NCBI GenBank assembly: GCA_964016885.1
Contig: OZ024743.1
Location: 105,710,001 to 105,774,000 of the forward strand
DNA length: 64,000 nucleotides
Reading direction: 5' to 3'
Origin: Eledone cirrhosa
Taxonomy: Eukaryota
This document shows, one piece after another, positions 31,484 to 46,657 of the stretch (positions are counted from its first letter, which is position 1; each line of letters begins with the position of its first letter). The notes beneath the pieces were generated by a model. That model searched no databases. It saw nothing but the letters and a program-made list of their open reading frames with translations, and was not told the DNA's origin. The position numbers were made by a program, and so were the translations under genes.

Positions 31484-31690
31484 CCATACTCCGGGGAAAC
31501 GCCTTCCCCGTTCTGTCCGCCAGAGCTGTGGGGCAACCAGCACGTGGGACCCCATTTGCTCACTATACAGAGAGAGATTGGGAGGGCGAGAGAGACGGGG
31601 GTGATGACGGTAGGAGTTCGGCTCTTTCATGTTCGGACACATTGCACCTGTCAAGATGCTTGTGACGAACATTGTGGATTCCTATATATA
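31484..31690 (+). mobile_element. Short 3' fragment of a CRE-like element
   Basis: Encodes ILRGNAFPVLSARAVG, matching VLRGNAFSVLSAGAVG at ~7345-7395; ends at tatatata. Confidence 0.7.
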
Positions 31691-31980
31691 TAGTTTGAAT
31701 CAAGCCATTGTGAATTTCTTAGTGGTGCCATGGTCTGGGATAAGCAGTTAACTTTTCAGGAACCAGGTCATTCATAGATTATTTAGCAGTAGGGATTAAC
31801 TTTAGAAATCGGTTGATGTGTCAAATGGATTTGTTTACAGCAGCAACAATAACAGGCCAGGCCACATTGACTATATCTTAACTAAACAGGAGTGGCACTC
31901 AGCCCCAGTGACCGTCATAGTGTGGAATTCGTGATAATACATCATAAACAGTCTCTGGTTATTAGGATATTATATTAAAC

Positions 31981-32058
31981 TTACGGGGTCAATAAAATAA
32001 AGTAACAGTAATGTACTGGATAATTGCTGGCCTTGTGCCAATAGTAGAAACAATTATA
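31981..32058 (+). mobile_element. SINE 3' fragment with TSD
   Basis: Main SINE tail; attatattaaac on both sides. Confidence 0.8.
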
Positions 32059-32064
32059 TTAAAC

Positions 32065-33575
32065 ATTCCATACGCCTATACACATTAGTGGAGGATTTCT
32101 GTTGACATATATGAATGATAAGATAAAATAAAATAAGGTAAAATAAAGAAAAATAAGCATAAATAAATATAAGTTTGAAGATAGATGACCATTAAATAAA
32201 TAAAGAATAGACCTCACGTGAAAAGTAAGAGTAAATGGCACAGAAGTAGACCCCCCCCCCCAAAAAAAAAAAATAACAGAAAAAAAAATGAACCAAAAAC
32301 GTAGAATGTGCGAAAAGTTCCAAGATTAGACTATGCCGACGCCTAATATGTATCACAACATTGATAGTCGTACAGAGATATAGAGCATGCTAAGAAACGT
32401 ATAAGGTTTGTATATGCATGGAGTAAAGGCGTACTCCCAGTATCATTATATAAAGAAAAGATATTTGCTCAGAGTTAATACAAGTGTTACTGTACACGAA
32501 CGTAGTACATGCAAAGATATTTGGCAGCCAAAGATCCCACCGTGATCCTGAGGTGCGGGCCCTATTCCCGGGGAGGGGGGTGACAATCTAACCAGCCCAG
32601 ACGGTGGGTCCAACAGCACAGCCTAGTGGAGTCTCACGTTGCGTATTCGAGATAACTGATTGGAATACATGTTATGTATCCCGGATAAGCTGTTGGAATG
32701 TCCCAGGAAATGCATGTAGTAAGGCAAGCGTGAATATCACTACGAGGTTTGGGTGGCCCCGGGATGTATTTAGAGATGGATAGAGACAAAAAGAGAAAGA
32801 AACAGATAGAAAAGAGAGGTCTGAGGTCCATCTGGAACCCGAGGAGGCAGGGCTATTAACCATATAGCGTGAGGAAAGTTTCCGTCCTTAAATGTAGACA
32901 AGCACCAAAGAATTCAGCCCTTCTGTTATTTACTCAGACAGAGGCTACAAATACCCGAGGCACCTCTGTCTGGAGATACCTTCCGCACCATGGACAAAAC
33001 CAAAGAGTGTGTGGTCTTGTCGAACTTAAGCTTCGAGATCAGTCGGGAAAGAGCCGTACTTTTCCGTTTACCGATCCTATTAGATGAATGGCTGTAATTA
33101 TTCAACCTGTTTTGAAGCTCGTTGACGCTGCTCCTATGTATCCATATGGGATGTTGGGGGTAGCGACATTGCACTGGTAAATTATATTTTTCACTAGGCA
33201 TTTAACGTCAAGCGGGTCCGAGACGAGGTTTCTGTAGTTACATAATCCGGTTGACACCTTTGTATTGACTGCGGGATGTATAATGGGTAGGCTGGAGCAC
33301 CAGTTCACAGTGATTTACATATCTAAGAAAAATATGAAATATGTTGGGTGCCTCTAAAATTGGTCGGCACGTATCTAAAATTCCTTAGCCTAATATTATT
33401 GATGCTAGCTAGGTGTCGGGATACGTTACGCATGGTGGATTACGAGAGTTTCACACTTATGACTTAATATTTTATGGCATCTATTTGTTCTCGGGAAGCA
33501 TCTATCTAGCACCTTACATAATGAGCTGTCCAGTCAGGTCTGCAGACGCATGGAGTGTGATAGTTTGTACAACAT
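32065..33575 (-). mobile_element. 5'-truncated Penelope-like element (GIY-YIG + 3' UTR)
   Basis: CLVKNIIYQC..YGYIG..SFK, STALS..I.KLK, GICSLCL in ORFs 33102-33308 and 32926-33201; 3' UTR has a diverged inverted homologue at ~33780-34430. Confidence 0.8.
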
Positions 33576-33581
33576 CATTAG

Positions 33582-33766
33582 TGGATTAGCAGTATCGGTA
33601 GAGGGTCAGAGAACATGTTTGACGCATAGAGTTACGGCCCTTGCCATTCTGAGTTCAAATCCCGCAGAGGTTAACTTTGCCTTTCATCCTTACGGGGTCG
33701 ATAAAATAAAGTACCTGTAATGCACTGGGTAATTGTGGCCTTGTGCCAAATGTAGAAATAATTATT
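33582..33766 (+). mobile_element. Near full-length SINE copy
   Basis: tagcagtatcggtagagg (A-box-like), gagttcaaatcc (B box), central domain and tail. Confidence 0.85.
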
Positions 33767-34669
33767 AGTTTATACCTAGTTCTACAGCTAGATTGTTGAG
33801 ATGGGGTTGAGCTGGGGAGTAAGACCTTGCACTCCAGCCTTGAGCACAACTGATTGCCCGCTACGTTCCAATAAGTTGTCCGGTCTCACACCTTGCCTCA
33901 TTACATGAACTCACTCGAACCCTCCGTATACTTATTGAGGATACACAATACCCCGGGATTAGGACACACAGCTCAGGATCACGCCTGGATCATTGGCTGG
34001 CAAATGTATTCACATGTACTATCTTGGCGTGTAGTAACACTTGTATTATCTCTGAGCGAAACATTTCTCCTTTATACTAGGAATTCCCACTTTTCTTCTT
34101 GCATAAACAAATCTTGTATGTTTCTTAGCATTTTCTATATCCCAGTACGGCAATTAATTTTGTGATACATATTAGACGTTGCCATAGTCTAATCTTGGTA
34201 CTTTTTGCACATCATACAATTTTGTTCTAGTTTGTATTGTATATTGCTTCTATATTTTCTTTTTACTTCTGTACTATTTAATTTACGGTTGTGTTGTATT
34301 CCTTGTTTATTTAATGATCATCTTTGTTCAATCTTATTTTCACCCTATTTTTCTTTATCTTATTTTATTTTATTTTATTATTCATATATGTCATCTTTAT
34401 TTCTCAACTAATGTGTATTGAATGCAGTGTGCGTCTCTGATCAAATCATTGGAATCCTGTGATGCAATTTCGAGTGATCAGCGTCCTTTAGGCTCACCTG
34501 ATCAATGAAAAAATTGTTAATACTGTAAATAAAGCCCTTTTTGTACAGACGAGCATGTTATTCTTCATTCTTTCAATACTATTATCCAAGAATAACCTGC
34601 ATGAGAATTCTCGCAATCTCGCTACCTAACTAAGGAGATCTCTTAGTTAAAACTATCCATACACGCACG

Positions 34670-34839
<170 letters not shown>

Positions 34840-34878
34840 GGAGGAAGTTATAGTTCACTTGAAGCATTGTGTAATGAG

Positions 34879-35307
<429 letters not shown>

Positions 35308-35775
35308 GTATGTATATGTGTGTGTGCGTGCGTATGTGAGGCCTGGTTCATCCGGGGAAAATGTCACATCTGTGTGTCCTGAATACTTGACCAATCATTA
35401 CTCGGAAGCTGTCTAGTGCCCCGCTGGTCATCTGCATTTATGACAAGGATAACGGCAGGCAACTTGAAATGTTCTCACATAAATGAGTAAGAAGAACGAT
35501 CTACCTCGGATTTCAAATCAGAGTGATCCCTCTCCAAGGCATATATAGCTCTGTCTCACCGTATTGGATGGCCCTTCACTTTTGTATTCTTCCGTGTGTT
35601 GACGCTTTTCTATTTATCCCTCATGGTGTCCATATCACCCTCCTTCGTATATGCTCTTGGTGGTGTTGCCGGTCTATTTCTTAACCACACTACTACATGG
35701 AGGTTATTTGGGGTAATATGTTGCCAGTCGCACCCCACAGCGACGTGATCAGATTGTACACGCATACACACACAC

Positions 35776-35854
<79 letters not shown>

Positions 35855-35866
35855 CGCGCGCGCACG

Positions 35867-35936
<70 letters not shown>

Positions 35937-36372
35937 TTGCAAGGTTTTTGATATGAAATTGTTTGTCGAGACAAATATGGTTATAGTTGGGGAGGGTGAT
36001 ATTGTTGTAATAATATTGCCAGAAATAATAACACTCACTCTTTGGTTGATTTTCGCTTCTGTATCTTTTATATCTCCATAGTTAATTTATTTGGCAATCA
36101 AAGTTTATCATTGATTGACCAACGGTTAAAAATACAGATATAAATATATATATATTCTATCAAAGTTCTTTCGTTGAACATCTGCAACATCTAATTAGAC
36201 TTACTTATGACAACGAGTACCTAGATGACCCTGACCGTAGCTGCTTCTGCCCCAGTATACCCGTACGAGTTAGACCCCCCCCCCCACCATAACCTCAATG
36301 GCTAAAACGACTCCCATCGGAAGATGGAATGGATAGACCAAAGCCATACGGACACCCAAAAACAATGATGAG

Positions 36373-37690
36373 GTGAGAAAAATGGTCGCACATGCAATAG
36401 GGGCTAGTGTTAAAACTACATCAAAGGGCCATATGTTTAAATTGAACGAAAAGATCTACACTCAGAATGAAGGAGCAGTAATTGGCGTCAGCATAGCTGG
36501 TGATGTTGCCAATCTATTTATGGTATGGTGGGAAAGGAGACGCAAAGAAATTCCTGAAGAGAGCTACATAGACCTCATCATGTACTCTCGTTACGTAGAC
36601 GACATCAATATAGTAATAAGGACACTCCCACAAGAGAGTACTAAAAATGATTTTAATGTAGCACAATGGAAAGCATCCAGCAGAAAGCTAACTCCATACA
36701 CCAGAGTATAACTCTATCTATCGATTACCCTTCCAAACACCCTAACAGTAGATTACCTGTATTTGACATGGGACTCAGGATTAATACTATAGACGAGAGG
36801 ACCCAAATTCTCCACTCACACTACGCTACACCCATGGCCTCCAAATACTTGATACTCAAAACCTCAGCAATGTCCAGTAGTGCTAAGTTTAATATTCTGA
36901 TCACATACTTGTTACGAGTGATGAAGTACGTGTCCCACATGTGCGACCCAACTGAAATGGAAAGACACATCCAACACTTCATCAACTGCATGCAGTTCTC
37001 TGGCTACAACCAAAGAGTATACAAAGGAGCCATGGAGAAGTATATGACACTCATAGAGATGGACACGAAAAGAATTTGCCCATTATACAGGAGCAAATCA
37101 TGGAATAGCTTAGATAGAACTAAACATAAGATAGGGAAAGCCATTTCATGGTACGACAACCAGAGATACAAGAGTATCATGTGCGTGGATGCTACCCCTG
37201 GGGGGAGGTTAGCTAACCAATGTAGAGGGGTGCTAAGAAAGACCCACCTAAAGATTAAAGTGGTAGAAAAGCCAAGAACTACCATAAAATCCCTGATCAG
37301 CAAAACATACCCTTTAAGAAAACTCACTGTACAAATAAGAAATGTGTTATATGTAAAATGTAGTCTATAGCATAAGATGTACAGAGAGTATTTGCATAAA
37401 CATGACAACGACATACATAGGTGAGACAGCTCAAAGCATAGGAGAAATAATAGACCAACACTTGGGAATTAAAGGTAAAAAAAAAAAACGGTTCAGTACT
37501 ATACGAAAACGCCAGACAACAACATGACGGTAATATAGACAACATAGAAATTAAAATAATTTCTAAATATAGAAATGACTCAATAGGTAGGCAAATCAGA
37601 GAAGCAAGTGTAATAGAGCTTAAAAGGCCAAAGTTAAACAGAAAAAACGAATGGAATAACCACAACCATACCCAAACAAACAATACTGAT
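36373..37690 (+). pseudogene. Penelope-like reverse transcriptase and degenerate endonuclease, frameshifted
   Basis: IYTQNEGAVIG..IAG.VANLFM..W, YSRYVDD, DYPSKH...LPV.D, HY..PMASK, LYR..W, DATPGG.L, KVVEK. Confidence 0.85.
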
Positions 37691-37949
37691 TAAAGGGAAA
37701 TATAAATAAATAAATATATATATACACAAGTACAATAACAACAAACACATATAAACACACTAGTAAACAAAGATAGAATACAAAAAACAAAAACACATAC
37801 ACTCAAACGTGTACCAAACACAAACCAAACATTATACACACACGCAAATGCATGCGTAGAGACGGAGACAAGAATAAATAAATAAATAAATAGAATAAAA
37901 ATGGCGTAGACATTACAATACAATACAATAGGAGGGAACATAATAATTA

Positions 37950-37993
37950 TACCACTGATGATGTTGCAGATGTGCATCGAAAGAACTTTGCTA
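37950..37993 (+). ncRNA. Hammerhead motif (family B) at the 3' end of the RT element
   Basis: tacca CTGATGA tgttgca gatg tgcatc GAAA gaac TT tgcta. Confidence 0.6.
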
Positions 37994-38012
37994 GACTGTA
38001 TATATATATATA

Positions 38013-40580
38013 CTAGCAGCTGAGCCCGGTTGCACTCGGGGCTACTCGGGGCCACTTTATATTAAGTTAATAAGTTGAGGGGCGACGTGAAGAGAGTGGT
38101 TTGACAGAGAGACGTTGGGTAGAGTAGGATTCAAAGATGTTATTGCAGGGCTTCTTTGTAGACAACGTTCCTGGTGTTGCGCGGGTAACCACAAATGAAG
38201 AGATTGTGTGGGCTTCCGACGCGGGAGCACCCGACGTATTGTTGACCGTGGGCAAATACCTGCTGTGTTAGAATTTAGGCGAACCACTTGCAGCGATGTC
38301 CTTGTGCTTTGTTAATGCTCATTGCAAAGCAGAGTTTTATGGGAAATTGCCGGCGTGTAAATTCATAGGGGAAGCCAGAGGGACTAGGCTCATAGGGGTA
38401 ATTATGCTGGTCACGCCAGCAGCGGGTCCGCTCCAAATGGTTGTGTCAGAATTTGGGTCCTTATTTTTTTTATGATTAAACGCGTTCCGCTGCATAGTTC
38501 TCATGTATCCAGGTTTCTCAGCAGCATAACTGGCACACCAACCTTCAGTTTCAGATCACGAGGAGGAAGTCCTGGAGGTAGTTGACTATTGAGGAATTCA
38601 ATTGGGTAAATGACGACGTCGTCCGCGTTTTTATTGGTGTCAATCGACTTGAAGAAGACTTCATTTCCGGGAATCTGATCAAGTAGTTTTTGGTTAATCA
38701 CGCCAACAGTGACATTGTGTGGTGCCAAAATAGCTCTCCCTTTCAGCCAGGTGTGATCATGGAATCGTGATTCAAGGTCTGGAAATACCGATGACATTAA
38801 TTCGTCAATGTTTGACACAAAGTACCCAAAAAGCAAACGGATATGATCTTCATCCACTCCAGGTGTAGTTCCATTACCAGCTACAAGTAGATGTTTTGAG
38901 AAACGATGGAGTCTGCGTCACCATGCACATTCACTCGCATGTTGGTAGTCAGATAAAGTTTGCGGACACACTGCCATACGTAGGACGACTTGATGCATGC
39001 GTTCACTTCGTCATCTCTAGTGCCTCTAGTGATAACAGGAAGAGTCTGTCGGAAATCGCCAGCCAGCAGTACTGTCGCTCCACCCATGACGCGTGAGTTC
39101 CGTCGCAAGTCCTTGAGAGTTCGATCCAGAGCCTCAAAGGTCGCCTTGTGAATCATGGTAGCCTCGTCCCATATGATCAAGCAGCACTCAGAAAGAAGAT
39201 GTGCTTTAGGGTCGCCACGATCTATTCTACAAGTAGGATTCTTCTTCTTTCCAATGTCCAAAGGCAATTTGAATGCGGAGTGTGCCGTACGACCGCCATG
39301 TAGCAGTGTCGCTGCAACACCACTGGAGGCGACCGCTAAAGCAACCCGCTTGTCTTTTCATAGCTTCGCAAGCAAAAGGTTGATGAGAAAAGTTTTTCCT
39401 GTTCCGCCAGGAGCATCCAGGAAAAATAGCCGTCCCTCATTTGAATTGACACTGGAGAGAATTCTGTCATATGTCTGTCTCTGGTCATGCAAAAGTCTGG
39501 GTTCGTTCTGAGCTACCTGATGTGTCATATCGTCCATGTTGTAATTTAACTCACGCATAAACTCCACATCTAAAGCACTGAGTATTTCGAGGTTGTGGCA
39601 AACCGAAATCAGATACACCGCCAACCCCAAGAGCTTTAAGATGGTTGTCCATGTCGATAAGGGCCTCATTGTACACCGTGTCGTTGAAAACAAAGGCAGC
39701 CGCTGGATCTTCTGCTGGTAGTCTACGGAGGATGTCCTATGACATGTTGTCCTTATGCGTTTCCCAAAGCTTAAGGGGCTCACCTATGCCGCAGATCAAT
39801 AGCATTATGCAAAACAGACGTCTCATTTCTCGAGGCATCTTACATTCAGCCGCCTCTATCAAGGGCATCATCAGGTGGGCATCATCCTCGAGTAGCCCGC
39901 GCTTCACGCACGTGTCCCTGTAACTGGAACAAATGTGGCCATCGAAAATTTGAAAAATTATTGTCATTGTTTACGTATAATGAATTGGAAATGCTTCACT
40001 AAGAGATGGATATAAAAGTATTTTAGCTTAAATAGTATAGGGAGGTGTGTAGGATACATACATACATACATACACACACACGACGCTCAGCTTATATAAG
40101 TATCGTGTGTATGTGTGTGTGTGTGTGCTATGCGAGCGACGACAGATCAACGATATATAACATGTTAATGAAAGTTAACTAAAGTTTGATGGTCTCTCTC
40201 TGTCTCCCTCTCTCTGAATATCTAACACTTTAATTGTATCTCTCTCTGTCTAATGGCCTATCTCTCTCTACAGTGTTGTCATATAGGGAGTGAAGAGCGA
40301 CAGAGAGATTAAAGCAGTTAAATTATAGAGAGGGGGAATGATCTGTTATAAAGAGAGGGAAGAGCGACGGTGAGAATAAAGCTAAGAAATTATAGAGAGG
40401 TAAAATCGATAGAAAAAAGACCGTTTTGGGCCCTAGAGACCACATTTTTCAATTTAGAAGCCCTAGTAGACCTGTCGCTTCCTCGGCACATTAATGTGTA
40501 AATTTGCATGACAATCAGATCATTGGTACTACCCTTTTGCCTGTATCAGACAATTTTCGCCCATTTCACATTTATATAAT
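38013..40580 (-). mobile_element. Helitron, internally deleted (Rep domain absent)
   Basis: Minus-strand 3' end gccccgagtgcaaccgggc hairpin followed by CTAG (38013-38016) inside (TA)n; Pif1 helicase inside; 5' limit uncertain. Confidence 0.85.
38200..39967 (-). pseudogene. Helitron Pif1-family helicase, frameshifted
   Basis: [74 protein letters not shown]. Confidence 0.92.
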
Positions 40581-40582
40581 AT

Positions 40583-40739
<157 letters not shown>

Positions 40740-40755
40740 CAACTAGAAATAGATT

Positions 40756-40792
<37 letters not shown>

Positions 40793-41355
40793 AACATATG
40801 AAACAATCACAGGGAATAATTTGTAAAGAATGTAAGCACAGATAGCTAGGTAGGTAACTAATTAAAGTTTAACTGAAACTTCAAATATAGATACCTTTTA
40901 AAATGATTAATCTCCTATATATATTTCTTTAAGTAAGAAATATATTTCACACATTAATCCGCAAATCACAGTAGTTAAATTCTTGGATGTTCACCAAAGG
41001 AGAAGAAGATAACCATCTGCGTTTACAAAGCAAATGCATATATATATATATCTGAATGTTTGAACGTTGGTCAATGAATAATAAAGGTTGATCGCCAAAT
41101 AAATTAACTATAGAAATATAAAAGATACAGAAGCGTAAACCAACCAAACATTGAGTGTGCTCTGTTATTAATCCTGGCAATATTACTACAACAGTATCAC
41201 CTTCCTTAAGTATAGCACATATATATATATATATATATATTAATAAGAGGAATTTCAACTTTGTCTGATTTACTCGTTTTATTTACAATCCTTTAAAATT
41301 TATAATGGCATTATAATGAAATAGTATGATAGAATATTAAATGTTAAGTGTTAAT

Positions 41356-41394
41356 TGAACAAGTACTTTCATGCTTTCGCAATCTTCAGGTTCA
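41356..41394 (-). ncRNA. Minimal hammerhead ribozyme (family G, left arm)
   Basis: Exact reverse complement of 41465-41503. Confidence 0.8.
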
Positions 41395-41464
41395 TGATAT
41401 GTGGTGACAGTCAAGTTTGAAATTTTCAACTGAAAATTTCAAACTTGACTGTCACCACACATTA

Positions 41465-41503
41465 TGAACCTGAAGATTGCGAAAGCATGAAAGTACTTGT
41501 TCA
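41465..41503 (+). ncRNA. Minimal type-I hammerhead ribozyme (family G), intact core
   Basis: tgaac CTGAAGA t-tgc-gaaa-gca-t GAAA gtac TT gttca: 5-bp stem I, GNRA-capped stem II, palindromic GTAC. Confidence 0.8.
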
Positions 41504-41665
41504 ATTAACACTTAACATTTAATATTCTATCATACTATTTCATCATAATGCCATTATAAATTTTAAAGGATTGTAAATAAAACGAGTAAATCAGACAAAG
41601 TTGAAGTTCCTCTTATTAATATAATCTTCTATACACAATCATACACACCCGTGTATATTTCTCTC

Positions 41666-41730
<65 letters not shown>

Positions 41731-41785
41731 TATTGTACTTATCTATCTACGAAGCTCCCAATCAATGTATATATATATATATATA

Positions 41786-41866
<81 letters not shown>

Positions 41867-43060
41867 GTTTTACTCTGCTTGAAGCATTGTTGAATAGGAA
41901 AAACACATTTAAATAATTTTGAAAACCATACAATGCACTAGAAAATTAGAATTGCCAAGATAACAATAGAAAATTACGTTTGCAAATATAAAAATCCAAC
42001 TTCTTTTCGGGGTCAAAAACCCATAATCAAGGGAGTATCCTTGTAAGAGACCTAGGAGATCGATAGGAGATGACTGGTTAGGAAGGCCGATTTAGGTAAA
42101 ATGAAATGAAAACACGTTAAATTTCGAGCGTGCTCAGCTCATTGTGAAATGTCTGGGAAAAAGTGTATAATATGTGCATATGTGTGCGTGAATGTAAGTG
42201 TTCTTAGTGTGATGCATGTATGTATGAGTGTATGTTTATGTAGTGAAAGGCGTGTGCGAATATGTATATAATGAAAAGGGAAAAATATGTGTGATATATG
42301 TATATATGTATGTGTGCGTGTGTGTGTGTGTGTCTGTGTGTGTCTGTGTGTGTGTGTATGTTTGTGTGTGTGAGTCTATATGTGTTTGCTTAGTGACGAC
42401 ATAGATTTAATTTGAAAGAAAGAATGAAACGCGCCGCTGGGATGTTGGAATACATACCTCAACTTAGCCATTCTGGTGCACTTCTTTCCATTCGATTATA
42501 TATATATATATATAGACACACGTATGCGCTCGGCCGCGTATATATATACATATACGAGGGTGTTAAAGTTTGCTTGAAGCATTGTGAAATGTGTAAAATA
42601 CGTAGTTTAGAAAGCCACAACAATGCAGATGGGAAATCTCGAGGTAGGAAGTGAATGATAGATAGGAGAAATAGGAGAAAGTGAAAGTTGAGAGAGACAA
42701 AGATAAAAACAAAACAAAGGTAGAAGGGTTACCGTAGTGGAGATTTAATCCCAATATTTCGGGCTCACGCCCATCAACGGGGAAAAGTTCCAAAAAGGGG
42801 GGGGAAACAGGCTAAGCCGGAGAAAGTTGTGATGTCGTTAAAACAGGAGTGCCGTTATGGGGAGAACATTTAAATGAGGGAAAGAATGCGCGTGCGCGTG
42901 ATAGGCTGTGGCAAAAGCTACTGACCAAATGGGTTAAATCATATATATATACATATATATACATATATATACATATATATACATATATATATACATATAT
43001 ATATACATATATATACATATATATACATATATATATATACATATACATACAGACACACAG

Positions 43061-43127
<67 letters not shown>

Positions 43128-44575
43128 TATATATATATATACATATATGTGTCTGATCGGCTACGTGTGTATATATGTATGAATCTGTATGTGTGTGTGA
43201 ATGGAATATATATATATATATGTAACACCCAATACCCATGTAATTCATTTGCATAAAGCTAATTACGTACATTTTTAAAACGATAGCTTATTTAGTGACT
43301 CATTTAACAGAGGTGTAAGTGCCGACGGACACTCTCGTCAATTTCTGAGTGCATCTATTACCTATATCTGCGAATAATATAATAGTAGTACTGTATGTAC
43401 TTAGTGTTGGAGATAATGCAGTGTAAATTTTAACTACATAGAAATAACGAAGCAAGAATTCAGGCGTCGAATTGACCGTTAAAACTTCAAATAGAATGCT
43501 CTGTACTATTCCTTCCAGGCCTTCACGTAGGGTGTCCTAGAATGTTCAAATCCCACCAAGACCACCGTTGCATTTCTGCATTTCGAGGTCAATAAAATTA
43601 GCGCCATTTCTGTACTAAAGCTGATTCATTCTTTATACATTCCTCGCTCACCCACTTTCTCTCTCATTGTCTGTTTCCTGCTGTGGACGAAATTGGCTGC
43701 GTTCAGCAGTGGAGTGATATATGCCCATGCATACATGATTAACACCCTGATCCCAAAGTTAGCAAGAGGAAAATCTCCTGTTGTCAATTTCACTTGCTAG
43801 GATGGCTGTGTTAGAACGATGCCCCTACGACACCGCCAGAAAAGAGAAAAATATATATGAATGTATGATATATTGAAAAATCATGAGGTGAAATATCTAT
43901 AAAATAAAATGGCAATGCAGTGTTGCTTTGGTAATGGCATTTCGTTCTCGTTAGTGAGAGTAAATGAATTTGATTGTTAAAGACTATTTAATTCCATAAA
44001 GATTTAATGGGACCAAGTTTTAATGATATAAAATTTAATAGTATAATTGGTTTAATTCAAATAATCGTGCAGACTCGACTCGTTGCGAAAAATGTTACGC
44101 TGTTAGAATGTTTTCACAACATTAAAACAACCAAAGAAGTAAACAGACGAATATAAAATGTAAAATGAGGAACACGGACATAATAAACATAACTGAAATC
44201 CAATGACCATATTTATCAAATATTGAAAAACAAAAAAAAAATCTCAAACCTATGTGGTTGCTAGGCAAAGTCAGTAAAGTTTACAATTTAGACATTTTAG
44301 AATATAAATTATATGTTTGCCCGGAGATGGCGTGGGCCGACCATCCTGGTACGGTCTTATTTACATAAAACATTTTAAAGACATAATATGAATATGTGTA
44401 TGTATACGTATATATATATATACACATATATACACACATATATATATATATATACATATATACACACATATATATAATGCATTTGCGCACGCGCAAACAC
44501 AGATACAGACTCGGGCAGACAGACAACAGACACGCACACACACATATACATACATATATATATATACATATACAT

Positions 44576-44620
<45 letters not shown>

Positions 44621-44622
44621 TA

Positions 44623-44675
<53 letters not shown>

Positions 44676-44999
44676 ATACGTACATATACAAGACACGAAT
44701 GAATATGTGAGCTTCAAGGCATGTATATATTAGTGTGTCTTTGGGTCATACGCCCTTTCTGTGTATGCTAGTAAACATGTATGTACGTGTCTGCTCGTTC
44801 ATGTGCGAGTACGTCTTTGTTATTTACTTTTGACATTATTGATTATAATGTTTCTCAGCGCTTTTGTGGCGATATAAAAGTTGATGCATGTTTACGAAAC
44901 AGTTGGTTAGTTTACTCATGTGAGAAACCCTATACAGCAGGGGTGGTATTTGTACTGTATTACATACATACACATTGTGTGTGCGTATGTATATATATT

Positions 45000-45032
<33 letters not shown>

Positions 45033-45060
45033 ATATATATATATACATTGTGTGTGTGTG

Positions 45061-45255
<195 letters not shown>

Positions 45256-45378
45256 ATATTTATATACATATATATATATATATATACATTGTGTGTGTGT
45301 ATGTATATATATATATATATAAATGGAGAAAATGAAACGAAATTCCATTTATCACTCTTAGTACGGCTGTTATTTAAA

Positions 45379-45655
45379 TATAAGTATGTATACGTACATA
45401 CATATATGTATACAGACGTACAGTAGTGTGTATATATATATATACATACATGCACACATATATATATATATGTACGCATGGATTTACCGAACATTTATTA
45501 TAATACAAACAAACTGACCATTATAATAAATGTTCGGTAAATCCATACGTACATATATATATATGTGTGTGCATGTATGTATATATATATATATATATAT
45601 ATACATACTACTGTACGTCTGTATACATATATGTATGTTCGTATACATACTTATA
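45379..45655. repeat. Inverted repeat in microsatellite-rich DNA
   Basis: ..ggatttaccgaacatttattataat versus attataataaatgttcggtaaatcc.., with ~15-bp spacer. Confidence 0.8.
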
Positions 45656-45818
45656 TATATATATATACATACACATTGTGTGTGTGTATGTATATATATA
45701 TATATATACAGGTTAATATAAACCTTTATATTAACCTGTATTACACGGCTCAGAAATACTCTTTCTTTGAGCTATTTCATTGTAAAAGACTGCCTGAGAT
45801 TTGAACTCATTATTATTG

Positions 45819-45908
<90 letters not shown>

Positions 45909-45921
45909 TATTTATACATAT

Positions 45922-46155
45922 ATAACGAAGGAGGTGTGGTAAGGAACCAGATTGACCATAAAGCACTAGAGTACTCAATACTTAGGGTAGTTGAGTGTGA
46001 AATAGGAAAATGTTTAACCCCGACGGCAGAGCTCAAGCCGTTTCGACGGCTATTTCTGGACTAAATTAGAATGTTTAGCTAAAAATTCTAATTTAGTCCA
46101 GAAATAGCCGTCGAAACGGCTTGAGCTCTGCCGTCGGGGTTAAACATTTCCCTAT
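45922..46155. repeat. Family A terminal fragment with hairpin duplication
   Basis: ~46003-46071 inverted at ~46085-46155; contains hammerhead 3' half GAAA cggc..gccg TC ggggt. Confidence 0.85.
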
Positions 46156-46466
46156 ATATATATATATATATTCTTTTAGTGGTTTCAACTTTTACTCCAC
46201 CCACTCTGGGACATATGTTTGGGAGTATGAGTGTGTGTGTGTCCGTGTTATTGTGAGTGGGCAGACATGTGTACAGATACACATATATGTTTAAAATAAA
46301 TGTTCTGCTCCAGTTCAATTTAATGCATACATACACACACACATACACACAAACACACACGCACACACACACAAATACAAACAGACACACACATATATAT
46401 ATTTATATATATATATTCCATTTCTTTATAAATTATACATGCCTTATATGGGTCATTATATTTTAG

Positions 46467-46657
46467 GGGTGAATTGGCAGTATCGGTAGAGGGTTGGACG
46501 CCATGCTTTGATGCATAGAGTCACGGCCCTTGTCATTCTGAGTTCAAATCCCGCCTAGGTTAAATTTGCCTTTCATCCTTACAGGGTCGATAAAATAAAG
46601 TACCAGTAATGCACTGGATTAATTACTGGCCTTGTGCCAAAAGTAGAAACAATTATA
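46467..46657 (+). mobile_element. Full-length SINE copy with 13-bp TSD
   Basis: attatattttagg at 46455-46467 and 46652-46664. Confidence 0.88.

Larger units (their letters stand above)
35935..38010 (+). mobile_element. Penelope-like element (family B), 5'-truncated with an inverted terminal copy at the left end
   Basis: RT fragments 36373-37370; family B hammerhead at 37950-37993; inverted family B sequence at 35940-36191. Confidence 0.85.
41236..41623. repeat. Near-perfect palindrome, ~190-bp arms, 2-3 bp spacer (family G)
   Basis: Centre ..gaaattttca-ac-tgaaaatttc.. at ~41430; arms differ at only a few positions. Confidence 0.95.

Noticed and set aside
31481-31672. Apparent minus-strand exon ending in a GTAAG donor
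   Set aside because: It is the antisense of a CRE 3' fragment (RGNA motif on +).
41996-42035. Additional hammerhead-like strings (also ~5158, ~28628, ~34437, ~44881)
   Set aside because: Core has two or more deviations, or no compatible GAAA and stem I could be found; too degenerate to call.
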